Below the pieces are notes generated by a model. The model searched no databases. It was not told the origin of the DNA and was given only the letters and a program-made list of their open reading frames with translations. Source: a virus (lineage: Duplodnaviria > Caudoviricetes). Taken from it: 43,002 bases of DNA. Positions 1-7,049 of the stretch are shown here, one piece after another. Location of the stretch: the IMG/VR virus record IMGVR_UViG_3300005764_000034, positions 1 to 43,002 of that record; one strand, 5' to 3'. Every line of letters starts with the position of its first letter. Within the stretch, counting starts at the first letter, position 1. Both the position numbers and the translations under genes were made by a program.

Positions 1-4
1 TGAG

Positions 5-214
5 ATGACCCCGGAACGCAAGGAGCAGGCGCAGATCGCCGTGGACATGATCGTCCACGGCTGCGCCGCGCTGGTCCTGATCGCCGCGGCGGCCGACGAG
101 AACGACGACGACGACATGGCGACGATGGTCTCCTCGCTGGAGGAGGTCACCGACGCGATGAGGATGCTGCTCGACGCGGCGAGGGGCCGCGTGGGCGGCC
201 GAAGGATCAACTGA
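5..214 (+). CDS. hypothetical protein (early region)
   Basis: 69-aa ORF with GC3-rich codons; its TGA is the start of repeat copy 1. Confidence 0.6.
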   Translation: MTPERKEQAQIAVDMIVHGCAALVLIAAAADENDDDDMATMVSSLEEVTDAMRMLLDAARGRVGGRRIN

Positions 215-261
215 CCCGCGAGGGAAGCGCCGACGCCGTCGGCGCTTCTCCCTGGGCCAGA
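211..261 (+). repeat. structured intergenic repeat, copy 1
   Basis: CTGACCCGCGA-GGGAAGCGCCGAC/GTCGGCGCTTCTC-CCTGGGCCAGA; degenerate leader box CAGAGGACAAACC before ATG 311. Confidence 0.9.
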
Positions 262-310
262 CACTCAGGGGTCGGCGGTATGAACGCCGGCCAATTCAGA
301 GGACAAACCT

Positions 311-634
311 ATGGATATTGCACGAAAGCGGGCGCGTCAAAACGCCTGGCTGAAGGCGCATCCCGAGACCGCAAGGCGCAACTCCATCGCGTACTATTGG
401 AGGCATCGAGAGAAGGTTCTCGCGCGGGCGAAGGAGCGTCGGAAGTTCCATGACGAGTTGCACGAGGCCGATCCGTCGTACGTGCAACCGCACAAGTTGT
501 GGCGTCTCCGCAATCCGGAAAGGGCCATGGAGCAGAACCGCAAAGCCTTCCGCAAGTGGGCGGCGAACGGTGTGGGCGCAGCATATCAACGCAATCGCCG
601 GGCACGCATCCGGCAGGAGGCACTCAATGGCTAA
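311..634 (+). CDS. basic helical protein resembling the N-terminal arm of phage HNH endonucleases (no nuclease motif)
   Basis: RBS GAGGA; Arg/Lys-rich motifs YYWRHREKVLAR, WRLRNPE, YQRNRRAR. Confidence 0.55.
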   Translation: MDIARKRARQNAWLKAHPETARRNSIAYYWRHREKVLARAKERRKFHDELHEADPSYVQPHKLWRLRNPERAMEQNRKAFRKWAANGVGAAYQRNRRARIRQEALNG

Positions 635-1250
635 CCATGGCTATCTGATCGACGCGGCCAATCGCGAGGTGCGGGAGGTCGAGTTCGAGACCGGCGAGCT
701 GCAGAAGCTCGTCGGCGGTTGGCTGACGACCGCCTGGACGTGGGACAGCGGCGACGTGCTGTTCGTCGACGACGAGGGGCTGCTCAAGGCGCAGGAGCAC
801 TTCTTCCTGTTCGCCCCGCGCCGCGACGGGCAGCCGATGGCCGGCAACGGCATGGTGGTCGGCCCCGAGGTCGAGGACGACGGGCCGCACGGATACCACA
901 ACGACCCGCCGGCCATCGCGCTCGACGAGCTGCGCGGGCTGGTGGCGTTCCGCGACCGCGCCTTCTTCGACGCCTGGGCGGCGACGCACGCCGGCGAGCC
1001 GGCGGTGACGGTGATGATGGTGGGCGACGGCTTCGAGCCGAAGGGCAAACCCGAGGTGTTGACGACGTACGGCGACATCGCGCGGGACATGCCCCGCCCG
1101 GTGATCGGCTACGCCATCGAGTCGGAGGACTTGGAGAAGATGCGGCAGATCGCCGACGTCCTGCACAGCGGCACCGACCGCGAGCGGCACCTCGGCCACA
1201 TGCTGTGGCTGGTCGTCTGCGCGGCGGAGAAGAACGCGATAGGGGGGTGA
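627..1250 (+). CDS. hypothetical phage protein (DUF3846-like)
   Basis: AGGAGG RBS before ATG 627; motifs LQKLVGG and DVLFVDDEGLLK. Confidence 0.6.
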   Translation: MANHGYLIDAANREVREVEFETGELQKLVGGWLTTAWTWDSGDVLFVDDEGLLKAQEHFFLFAPRRDGQPMAGNGMVVGPEVEDDGPHGYHNDPPAIALDELRGLVAFRDRAFFDAWAATHAGEPAVTVMMVGDGFEPKGKPEVLTTYGDIARDMPRPVIGYAIESEDLEKMRQIADVLHSGTDRERHLGHMLWLVVCAAEKNAIGG

Positions 1251-1252
1251 CG

Positions 1253-1435
1253 ATGGCGCCGCATCCGAACGCGCTCGCGACGATGGAGCGCAACAAGAGG
1301 ATCGCCGCCGATTACGCGAAGGGCGGCCGGACGCTGCGGGAGGTCGGCAAGAACTTCGGCATCGGCCCCGAGCGCGTGCGGCAGATCGTCCGCATGATGC
1401 GGCGCAAGCAAGGGATGGAGGCAACGAAGGACTGA
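1253..1435 (+). CDS. small sigma-70 region 4-like HTH DNA-binding protein
   Basis: RTLREVGKNFGIGPERVRQI matches the sigma r4 HTH pattern (TLxEVGxxFGxxxERVRQI). Confidence 0.75.
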   Translation: MAPHPNALATMERNKRIAADYAKGGRTLREVGKNFGIGPERVRQIVRMMRRKQGMEATKD

Positions 1436-1511
1436 CCCGCGAGGGAAGCGGCGCGCGACGCGCCGCTTCTCCCTGGGCCAGAATGGACTGACCAGGGAAC
1501 AGAGGACACCG
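1432..1511 (+). repeat. structured intergenic repeat, copy 2, with leader box
   Basis: CTGACCCGCGA-GGGAAGCGGCGCG/CGCGCCGCTTCTC-CCTGGGCCAGA then AGGGAACAGAGGACACCG. Confidence 0.9.
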
Positions 1512-1515
1512 AACG

Positions 1516-1887
1516 ATGGGCTTGGACATGTGGATGCGGACGACGCGGATCGTGCCGGACGCGGAGGTCGACTTCGACCTGCCGCGCGGCTCGACGCAGG
1601 AGCTGCACTATTGGCGGAAGCACCCGAACCTGCACGGCTGGATGGAGCGGCTGTACCGCGCGAAGGGCGGCAAGGCCGACGACTTCAACAGCGTGTACCT
1701 GCGGCTGACCGGGCGGGACCTCGACGAATTGGAGAAGGCGGTCGAGGGCGACGCGTTGCCCGAGACCGCCGGCTTCTTCTTCGGCGAGAGCGACGGCACC
1801 GAGGCGGCGGGCGACCTCGCCTGCATCGGGAAGGCGAGGGAGGCCATCGCCGACGGGCTGACCGTGCTCTACACGAGCTGGTGGTGA
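1516..1887 (+). CDS. conserved phage hypothetical protein (YWRKH motif family)
   Basis: MGLDM start, ELHYWRKHPNLHGWM, GFFFG and C-terminal YTSWW; follows the leader box. Confidence 0.75.
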   Translation: MGLDMWMRTTRIVPDAEVDFDLPRGSTQELHYWRKHPNLHGWMERLYRAKGGKADDFNSVYLRLTGRDLDELEKAVEGDALPETAGFFFGESDGTEAAGDLACIGKAREAIADGLTVLYTSWW

Positions 1888-2213
1888 TGCTTCTCGCGCT
1901 GCTCCTGCTGGCCGCCGCTCCGCCCGAGGCGGACGGCGCGCTGGCGCCGTGGTTCCACTCGCTGACCGTGCCGGACACGGGCGGCGAGTGCTGCGGCGTC
2001 GCGGACTGCCGGAACCTCCCGGTGCGCGCCGACGGCGAACGCTATTGGGTGCTGTACGACGGCGAATGGGTCGCCGTGCCGGACGACGCGGTACTCGACC
2101 GCGCCGACAACCCGACCGGCGACTACATCGTCTGCGTGCAGCGCGACTTCTGGCGCAACGGCGTGCAGCGCGGCCCGATGGTCCGCTGCCTCGTCAAGCC
2201 GCCTCGCACCTGA
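1887..2213 (+). CDS. putative exported Cys-rich protein
   Basis: TGATG coupling; hydrophobic N-terminus MLLALLLLAAA; CCGVADC and C-terminal RCL. Confidence 0.65.
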   Translation: MLLALLLLAAAPPEADGALAPWFHSLTVPDTGGECCGVADCRNLPVRADGERYWVLYDGEWVAVPDDAVLDRADNPTGDYIVCVQRDFWRNGVQRGPMVRCLVKPPRT

Positions 2214-2293
2214 CCCGCGACGGAAGGGCCGCGCACTCCGGTGCGTCGCCTTTCCGCCTGGGCCAGAACCCAGGGGAAAACAGAGGAACACCG
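2210..2293 (+). repeat. structured intergenic repeat, copy 3, with leader box
   Basis: CTGACCCGCGA-CGGAAGGGC/GCCTTTCCG-CCTGGGCCAGA then AACAGAGGAACACCG. Confidence 0.9.
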
Positions 2294-2297
2294 AACA

Positions 2298-3287
2298 ATG
2301 ACAACGAAGCAACCGCCCGTTTCGGTCAACCGGAACGGGCAGCTTGAGCTGGACCTGACGCGGCTCGCCAAATGGGACGCGTCGGTCGGCCGGGTGCGCG
2401 ACTGCATCCTCGAATGGATGATCTCGTCGCACGACTTCTCGCCGTACATCGGCCGGGGTCTGCCCGAGGCGGTGCGCGCCATGACGTGCACGCAGTTGGA
2501 GGTCGAGGCCATATCGCACTCCGCCCGCGAGGCGGCGCTGTGCGGCAGGCTGTTCGACTTCGGGCACCTGCCGAACGAGGTCATCAAGGAAGGCGCCAAG
2601 CGCGGCGGCAAGCTGTGGGACCAACACGCCCTCGGCATGCCGTTCGCCGAGCCGTGGGTGCTCTACCACACGTGGGAGGGCGGCACGGCGGTCTATCTCG
2701 TCGGCGAGCGTTCCGAGGGCGTCGTCGAGGTGTGCGAGTTCCAGCCGTTCGCGGTCGACGGGACGGGCATCCGGACGCTGGTCGTCGGCGACCGGGCGCA
2801 ATTCCGCCGCTCCGACGGCGACGGCTACCACGCGAGCGTGGTGCCGTTCCAGATGCGCTTCTTCGACGGGCTGCCGCCGGAGCTGAACCTCGGCACGACG
2901 CCCGAGGCCGCCGCCGCGTCGAACTGCGGCGACCCGGTGTGGGCTGCGCTGCTGATACTCAACACGCGGAACGTCGGACGCGAAACCATCCACGCCGACG
3001 CGAAGCTGCAGAAGGCCCGGGCGCGGAGCGGCAAGCCGCCGATCCCGCCGCACGAGCGCATCGACTCGCTGCCGTACGTGACGGCGGTGACGATGCGGGG
3101 CACGGCCCGCGAGCGCGTCGACCACGGCGGGCACCACGCCTCGCCGGTGCCGCACGTGCGTCGCGGCCACGTCCGGACGTACGAGAGCGGCAAGCGGTCG
3201 TGGATCGCCGACACGCTGGTCAACGTCGACGAGGCGACGCGCGGGAACTTCCTGCGGTCGCGGTCGCACTACGAGGTGAAGCCATGA
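2298..3287 (+). CDS. hypothetical phage protein with C-terminal SPxxHxRRGH motif
   Basis: ATG after leader box; HASPVPHVRRGHVRTY...WI motif, common in phage proteins. Confidence 0.7.
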   Translation: MTTKQPPVSVNRNGQLELDLTRLAKWDASVGRVRDCILEWMISSHDFSPYIGRGLPEAVRAMTCTQLEVEAISHSAREAALCGRLFDFGHLPNEVIKEGAKRGGKLWDQHALGMPFAEPWVLYHTWEGGTAVYLVGERSEGVVEVCEFQPFAVDGTGIRTLVVGDRAQFRRSDGDGYHASVVPFQMRFFDGLPPELNLGTTPEAAAASNCGDPVWAALLILNTRNVGRETIHADAKLQKARARSGKPPIPPHERIDSLPYVTAVTMRGTARERVDHGGHHASPVPHVRRGHVRTYESGKRSWIADTLVNVDEATRGNFLRSRSHYEVKP

Positions 3288-3439
3288 GGCTCGTGCTGGT
3301 GCTGTGGATCATGGTGATCGGCTGGCAGGCCAACAATTTGTGGCGCGCGTGGCGGGGCTGGAGAGCAGCCCGACACCGCAGCCACAAGCGGCCCATGAGA
3401 CCTCTGATGCTCACCTTCGACTGCTATCTGCGATGGTGA
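3284..3439 (+). CDS. small membrane protein
   Basis: ATGA coupling to the upstream stop; hydrophobic N-terminus. Confidence 0.4.
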   Translation: MRLVLVLWIMVIGWQANNLWRAWRGWRAARHRSHKRPMRPLMLTFDCYLRW

Positions 3440-3527
3440 GATTGATGACTACGGCTGGGACTGCGCTTCCGGGTGCATATGGAACCCGAGAGCGATCGCC
3501 TCGGTCGCCGCCGCGCGAGGTGCGGCC

Positions 3528-3605
3528 ATGATGATCGTGCTTCTGCTGGAGGTCCTGGTCGGCGCGCTCGTCATCGCGCTGATCGCGACCATCTGGCTTT
3601 ACTGA
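3528..3605 (+). CDS. 25-aa single-TM peptide (MMIVLLLEVLVGALVIALIATIWLY)
   Basis: GAGGTG RBS; its TGA abuts repeat copy 4; absent from the ORF track. Confidence 0.55.
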   Translation: MMIVLLLEVLVGALVIALIATIWLY

Positions 3606-3690
3606 GCGACGTTGACGGAAGCCGCGCCCGCGCGAACGGGTGGCGGTTTCCGCCTGTGCCGCTCCTGGCATGGGAGAACAGAGGGACACC
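3604..3690 (+). repeat. diverged structured intergenic repeat, copy 4, with leader box
   Basis: GAGCGACGTTGA-CGGAAGCCGC/GCGGTTTCCG-CCTGTGCCGCTC then GAACAGAGGGACACC. Confidence 0.75.
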
Positions 3691-3693
3691 TGA

Positions 3694-4260
3694 ATGAACC
3701 GAAGCGAACTGCTCGCCGTCGCGCTGGACGGCGGGGACCTCGCGGGCTGCGACGCGGAGGGGCACGACCTCTCCGGCGCGCAGCTCGGCTACTGCCGCAT
3801 GCGCGGGGCGAAGCTGGCGAACTGCGGGCTGGCCGAGACCGATCTGCACGCGGCCGATCTGCGCGGGGCCGACCTGTCGCACACCGACCTGCGGCTGACG
3901 AACTTCTCCGACGCCGACATGCGCGGGGCGATCCTCGCCGGGCCGGACCACATGGAACTCGCCTTCTTCGGCGGCGCCATCGGCGTCATCGACGCCGGGG
4001 TGAACCACGAGGGCGCGCGCTTCGTCGGCGTGCACCACGACGACGGGTGGATGGTGGCGGTGGCGCGCACCGGGTACTGGTCGATGTGGATGACGATGAC
4101 GGACGCGCTCAGGCACTTCCGCGCCGGCGGCGACGCCGACGCGCTGGCGCGGCTCGACCTCATCAACGAAGGCGGCAGGGCGGCCGACCGCGTCGCGGTC
4201 GACGGCGACCCGGTGCGCGAGGCGTTGGACGACGACTTCGCGGAGGAAGGCGGATGCTGA
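3694..4260 (+). CDS. pentapeptide repeat protein
   Basis: A(D/N)Lxx repeats: ADLRGADLSHTDLRLTNFSDADMRGAIL. Confidence 0.85.
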   Translation: MNRSELLAVALDGGDLAGCDAEGHDLSGAQLGYCRMRGAKLANCGLAETDLHAADLRGADLSHTDLRLTNFSDADMRGAILAGPDHMELAFFGGAIGVIDAGVNHEGARFVGVHHDDGWMVAVARTGYWSMWMTMTDALRHFRAGGDADALARLDLINEGGRAADRVAVDGDPVREALDDDFAEEGGC

Positions 4261-4481
4261 GCGTGTCGACGATCCTCGGCAACCTGCTGACCAACCTGCT
4301 CGACGAGAACACGCAGTACGTGCTGGTCGCCGTCGACCCGGAAGGGGAACTCGGCGGCGAGCACGGCGTGGCCGTCACCAACGTCCCCGACAAGGACGAG
4401 GTCGCGAACATCCTGCGCGAGGCCGCCGAGGCGATGAGGACCGGCATCCCGCGACGGAGGGACCGGCCGCCGCAGAACTGA
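4254..4481 (+). CDS. hypothetical protein
   Basis: overlapping ATG with GGAGG upstream; its stop is the TGA of repeat copy 5. Confidence 0.6.
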   Translation: MLSVSTILGNLLTNLLDENTQYVLVAVDPEGELGGEHGVAVTNVPDKDEVANILREAAEAMRTGIPRRRDRPPQN

Positions 4482-4565
4482 CCCGCGACCGGAGGGCGCG
4501 CGCCGCGAGGCGCGACGCCTTCCGGCCTGGGCCAGATGGACTGATCCGGGAACAGAGGAACACCG
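4478..4565 (+). repeat. structured intergenic repeat, copy 5, with leader box
   Basis: CTGACCCGCGA-CCGGAGGGCG/CGCCTTCCGG-CCTGGGCCAGA with GCGA tetraloop, then GGGAACAGAGGAACACCG. Confidence 0.9.
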
Positions 4566-4570
4566 AAAAC

Positions 4571-5206
4571 ATGGACAGAAAAGACATGCCAAAGGCGCGC
4601 CGCGCGTCCGCCGGCAAGGGCCGTTGGCGCGCGCAGACCGAGCACGACATGGCGTTCGCCGACGCGATGCTGGTCGAGACCGGCCGCGTGCTGCCGATGT
4701 TCGTCATCCACTCGGCGAAGGCGTCGTACGCCGTGCTGACCGGGTGGCGCGACGCCGACGACAAGCTCGCCGTCGCGCGGGTCATCAAGCTGTTCTGCAT
4801 CGCCAAGAACGCCGAGGCCCTGTCGTTCGTGGCCGAGGCATGGTCGGCGGCGATGCGGCGCAGGATCGGCGAGAGCGAGGCGGAGTTCGAGGAGCGCGCG
4901 ACCTCGCTCGCGCCGTCCGAGCGCGAGGACCGCGAGGAGGTCATCATCGCGGAGACCTCGTGGCGGGAGCGCGGCGAGGTCCGCTCCTTCGCGCTCATGC
5001 GCGTCATCGAGCGCGGCGCCGACGGCAAGCCGTCCGGCACGACGGCCGGGCCGCTGCCGGACGCCGACGCGATCGAGAGCTGGCGGAGCCGATGGGCCGA
5101 CCTGCTGCCGGAGCGCGCGCCGCGGCCGATGGAGGTGGCGATGGCGGAGCTGCTGCTGAGGGCGATGCCGGGCACGGGGATCACGGAGATCGCCCGTGAC
5201 AACTGA
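4571..5206 (+). CDS. hypothetical protein
   Basis: ATG after leader box; FVAEAW and SEREDREEVII motifs. Confidence 0.7.
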   Translation: MDRKDMPKARRASAGKGRWRAQTEHDMAFADAMLVETGRVLPMFVIHSAKASYAVLTGWRDADDKLAVARVIKLFCIAKNAEALSFVAEAWSAAMRRRIGESEAEFEERATSLAPSEREDREEVIIAETSWRERGEVRSFALMRVIERGADGKPSGTTAGPLPDADAIESWRSRWADLLPERAPRPMEVAMAELLLRAMPGTGITEIARDN

Positions 5207-5444
5207 CGTCGGGCGCGAGCTGCGCCCGGACGAGCTGCGGCCGAGGTCCATCGTCGTCGTGCATCCGCCCGGCTCGCCGGGCGTGCTGCTGACGATGTGG
5301 GTGCTCGCCGCGAACGGCGGCTACGTCACCTTCTACTCGGGGGTGACGAACACCGCCGTGGTCAACCGGATACGCGGCGACGGGAAGCTGGTCGACGACC
5401 GCGACCGCGTCGTGCGCGTGTTCGAGTACCTTGGGGAGCCCTGA
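5196..5444 (+). CDS. hypothetical protein
   Basis: GTG start with GGAG upstream; coupled to both neighbours. Confidence 0.6.
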   Translation: MTTDVGRELRPDELRPRSIVVVHPPGSPGVLLTMWVLAANGGYVTFYSGVTNTAVVNRIRGDGKLVDDRDRVVRVFEYLGEP

Positions 5445-5653
5445 TGCTGAACGAGAACCGCGTGCTCGACATCATCTTCGCCGAACTGCGGCGGATCGAC
5501 GTGAGGAGGCCGGACCCGCTGTCGCGCGAGATGCGCGCGTACCGCGAGGCCGCGCGACGGATAAGCCAGGAGGCCATGAGCGAACAGCGGCAGGCGGCGC
5601 GGACGGCGTCGCTCGCCGGCTTCGTGGTGACGAGGGGCCGGACGAGGCTCTGA
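5444..5653 (+). CDS. hypothetical protein
   Basis: TGATG coupling; its stop is the TGA of repeat copy 6. Confidence 0.55.
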   Translation: MLNENRVLDIIFAELRRIDVRRPDPLSREMRAYREAARRISQEAMSEQRQAARTASLAGFVVTRGRTRL

Positions 5654-5736
5654 CCCGCGAGGGTAGGGGATGGCGATGACAACCATCCCTTGCTCCCTGG
5701 GCCAGATGGACTGGGACAGGAAACAGAGGAGCACCG
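5650..5736 (+). repeat. structured intergenic repeat, copy 6, with leader box
   Basis: CTGACCCGCGA-GGGTAGGGGATGG/CCATCCCTTGCTC-CCTGGGCCAGA then GGAAACAGAGGAGCACCG. Confidence 0.9.
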
Positions 5737-5740
5737 AAAG

Positions 5741-6130
5741 ATGCCATTCGACGCTACACCAGTAGAGGCACCGGTAGAGGATACCGCGCTGACCAAGGCG
5801 TTGATCGCTGGCAAGGCGATGATCGCCGACAAGAACCGATGGACGAAGCACAGCGAGCAGGCGTGGGACAAAACGCGCGAGCAGTTCCGCTACTGCGCCA
5901 TCGGCGCGATCCGTTACGGCACGCGCGAGCGGTTCCGCGCCATCGGCGCGATCCGCCACGGCGGCACCGGGGACGCTATCGCGATGGACGCCATCAACTT
6001 TCTCAGTGAGGTGGCGCTGGACCTATGCGGCACGACGGCGCCGGACTTCAACGACCGGCCGACCACCGGGCACCTCATGGTGCTGCGGCTGTTCGACAAG
6101 GCGATCGAGCGGAGCCGGCTATCCGGCTGA
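5741..6130 (+). CDS. hypothetical protein (DUF6197-like)
   Basis: W-TK...YCAIGAI...FND....H..VL.LFD.AI pattern. Confidence 0.6.
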   Translation: MPFDATPVEAPVEDTALTKALIAGKAMIADKNRWTKHSEQAWDKTREQFRYCAIGAIRYGTRERFRAIGAIRHGGTGDAIAMDAINFLSEVALDLCGTTAPDFNDRPTTGHLMVLRLFDKAIERSRLSG

Positions 6131-6214
6131 CCCGCGACGGAAGGGCCACCGCGCAACGCGCGGTGCGCCTTTCCGCCTGGGCCAGACACGGCACGGGGGA
6201 ACAGAGGAGACACC
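6127..6214 (+). repeat. structured intergenic repeat, copy 7, with leader box
   Basis: CTGACCCGCGA-CGGAAGGGC/GCCTTTCCG-CCTGGGCCAGA then GGGAACAGAGGAGACACC. Confidence 0.9.
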
Positions 6215-6215
6215 T

Positions 6216-6587
6216 ATGACGATCAGACCACACGGGCCGCGCAAAGGCGGTCCGGTGCTGCGCGTCGTCGCGTCCGCCGAGGACGCGGCGGTGCCGGCGA
6301 AGGAGCCGAAGCGATGGCAGGGGACCGACCCGGTCTTCTTCCACCGCAGCCAGGTGAGGATAGGCACCGTGCTGCGCTGCTTCGGGCGGATCGACCACGG
6401 CGCGCTGTGGCGCGTCGTCGAGATCAAGACCTATCTGACCGGCCGACGCGGCGGCACCTACACGCGGCGGCTCGGCGAGGCGCGGCGGCTCGACGACGAG
6501 GTGGTGCTGAACCGCGTCGGGTCGAACGAGAACCGCTCCATGCGGTTCGCCAACCTGTCGTACTCGGCGATCTGGAGGATCGAATGA
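6216..6587 (+). CDS. hypothetical protein
   Basis: ATG after leader box. Confidence 0.65.
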   Translation: MTIRPHGPRKGGPVLRVVASAEDAAVPAKEPKRWQGTDPVFFHRSQVRIGTVLRCFGRIDHGALWRVVEIKTYLTGRRGGTYTRRLGEARRLDDEVVLNRVGSNENRSMRFANLSYSAIWRIE

Positions 6588-6769
6588 CGCTCACGTTCGA
6601 GCAGCGGCTGATGGCCGCCGTCTGGATGGTCGGCAACTGCGACACGGAGGAGGACAGGGGGCGGTGGTGGAAGGACCACGGCGGCCTGTGGAACGAGGTC
6701 GCGAAGCGCGGCGACGAGGCGCAGGCGTGGGCAGACGCGGTGGCGGCGGAGGCCGACGCGAAGGAGTGA
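6584..6769 (+). CDS. hypothetical protein
   Basis: ATGA coupling with GGAGG RBS. Confidence 0.6.
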   Translation: MTLTFEQRLMAAVWMVGNCDTEEDRGRWWKDHGGLWNEVAKRGDEAQAWADAVAAEADAKE

Positions 6770-6799
6770 CGCACCGATTGGACCGATTCACGACGACCT

Positions 6800-6845
6800 A
6801 AAGAGAGAGGCCCGACGTGTCCGCAAAACACGCCGGGCCTCTCTC
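6800..6845 (-). terminator. probable intrinsic terminator (minus strand)
   Basis: long stem GAGAGAGGCCCG-x-CGTGT/ACACG-x-CGGGCCTCTCTC, G-U paired only on the minus strand and followed by TTT. Confidence 0.55.
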
Positions 6846-7015
6846 CGTTCGGACGCGAACCTTCTCAAGGGAACAGAGGAACACCGTCGCCGTGACGGCT
6901 CGCATCCGCGCCCAATGTGGCGTCCGGCGCGCCGCGACGCAACCTCGTTCGCACGGAAAGGGGCCTGCACGAGACAGGCCCCCATTTGAGTCGCAGTCGG
7001 GAGGAAACGTCCGCC
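6800..7015 (-). ncRNA. candidate antisense sRNA carrying the complement of the early-gene leader box
   Basis: non-coding convergent region; minus strand contains CGGTGTTCCTCTGTTCCC (6869-6886); hairpins at 6960-6982 and 6803-6845. Confidence 0.35.
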
Positions 7016-7049
7016 GCGCCCTTAGCACGCGCGGCATGACGATTGCGAG

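Noticed and set aside
4448-4461. Partial motif CCCGCGACGGAGGG just upstream of copy 5
   Set aside because: It lies inside a CDS and lacks the 3' arm; it may be chance or a relic and is not counted as a copy.
211-6214. CRISPR array interpretation of the repeats
   Set aside because: The intervals are 0.5-1.4 kb and contain whole genes, the repeat interior varies, and no cas genes are present.
211-6214. SECIS-like or stop-readthrough signal (UGA followed by a hairpin)
   Set aside because: The downstream ATG is in frame with the TGA in only 3 of 6 full copies (offsets 99, 87, 90 versus 83, 92, 88), and each downstream gene has its own RBS.
211-6214. Canonical integron attC sites
   Set aside because: No RYYYAAC/GTTRRRY ends and no integrase in the window; inner-stem G-T pairs favour the top strand. 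A non-canonical recombination role is not excluded.
211-6214. Simple rho-independent terminators or hammerhead ribozymes
   Set aside because: No U-tract follows the hairpins, and the CUGANGA/GAAA hammerhead core is absent.
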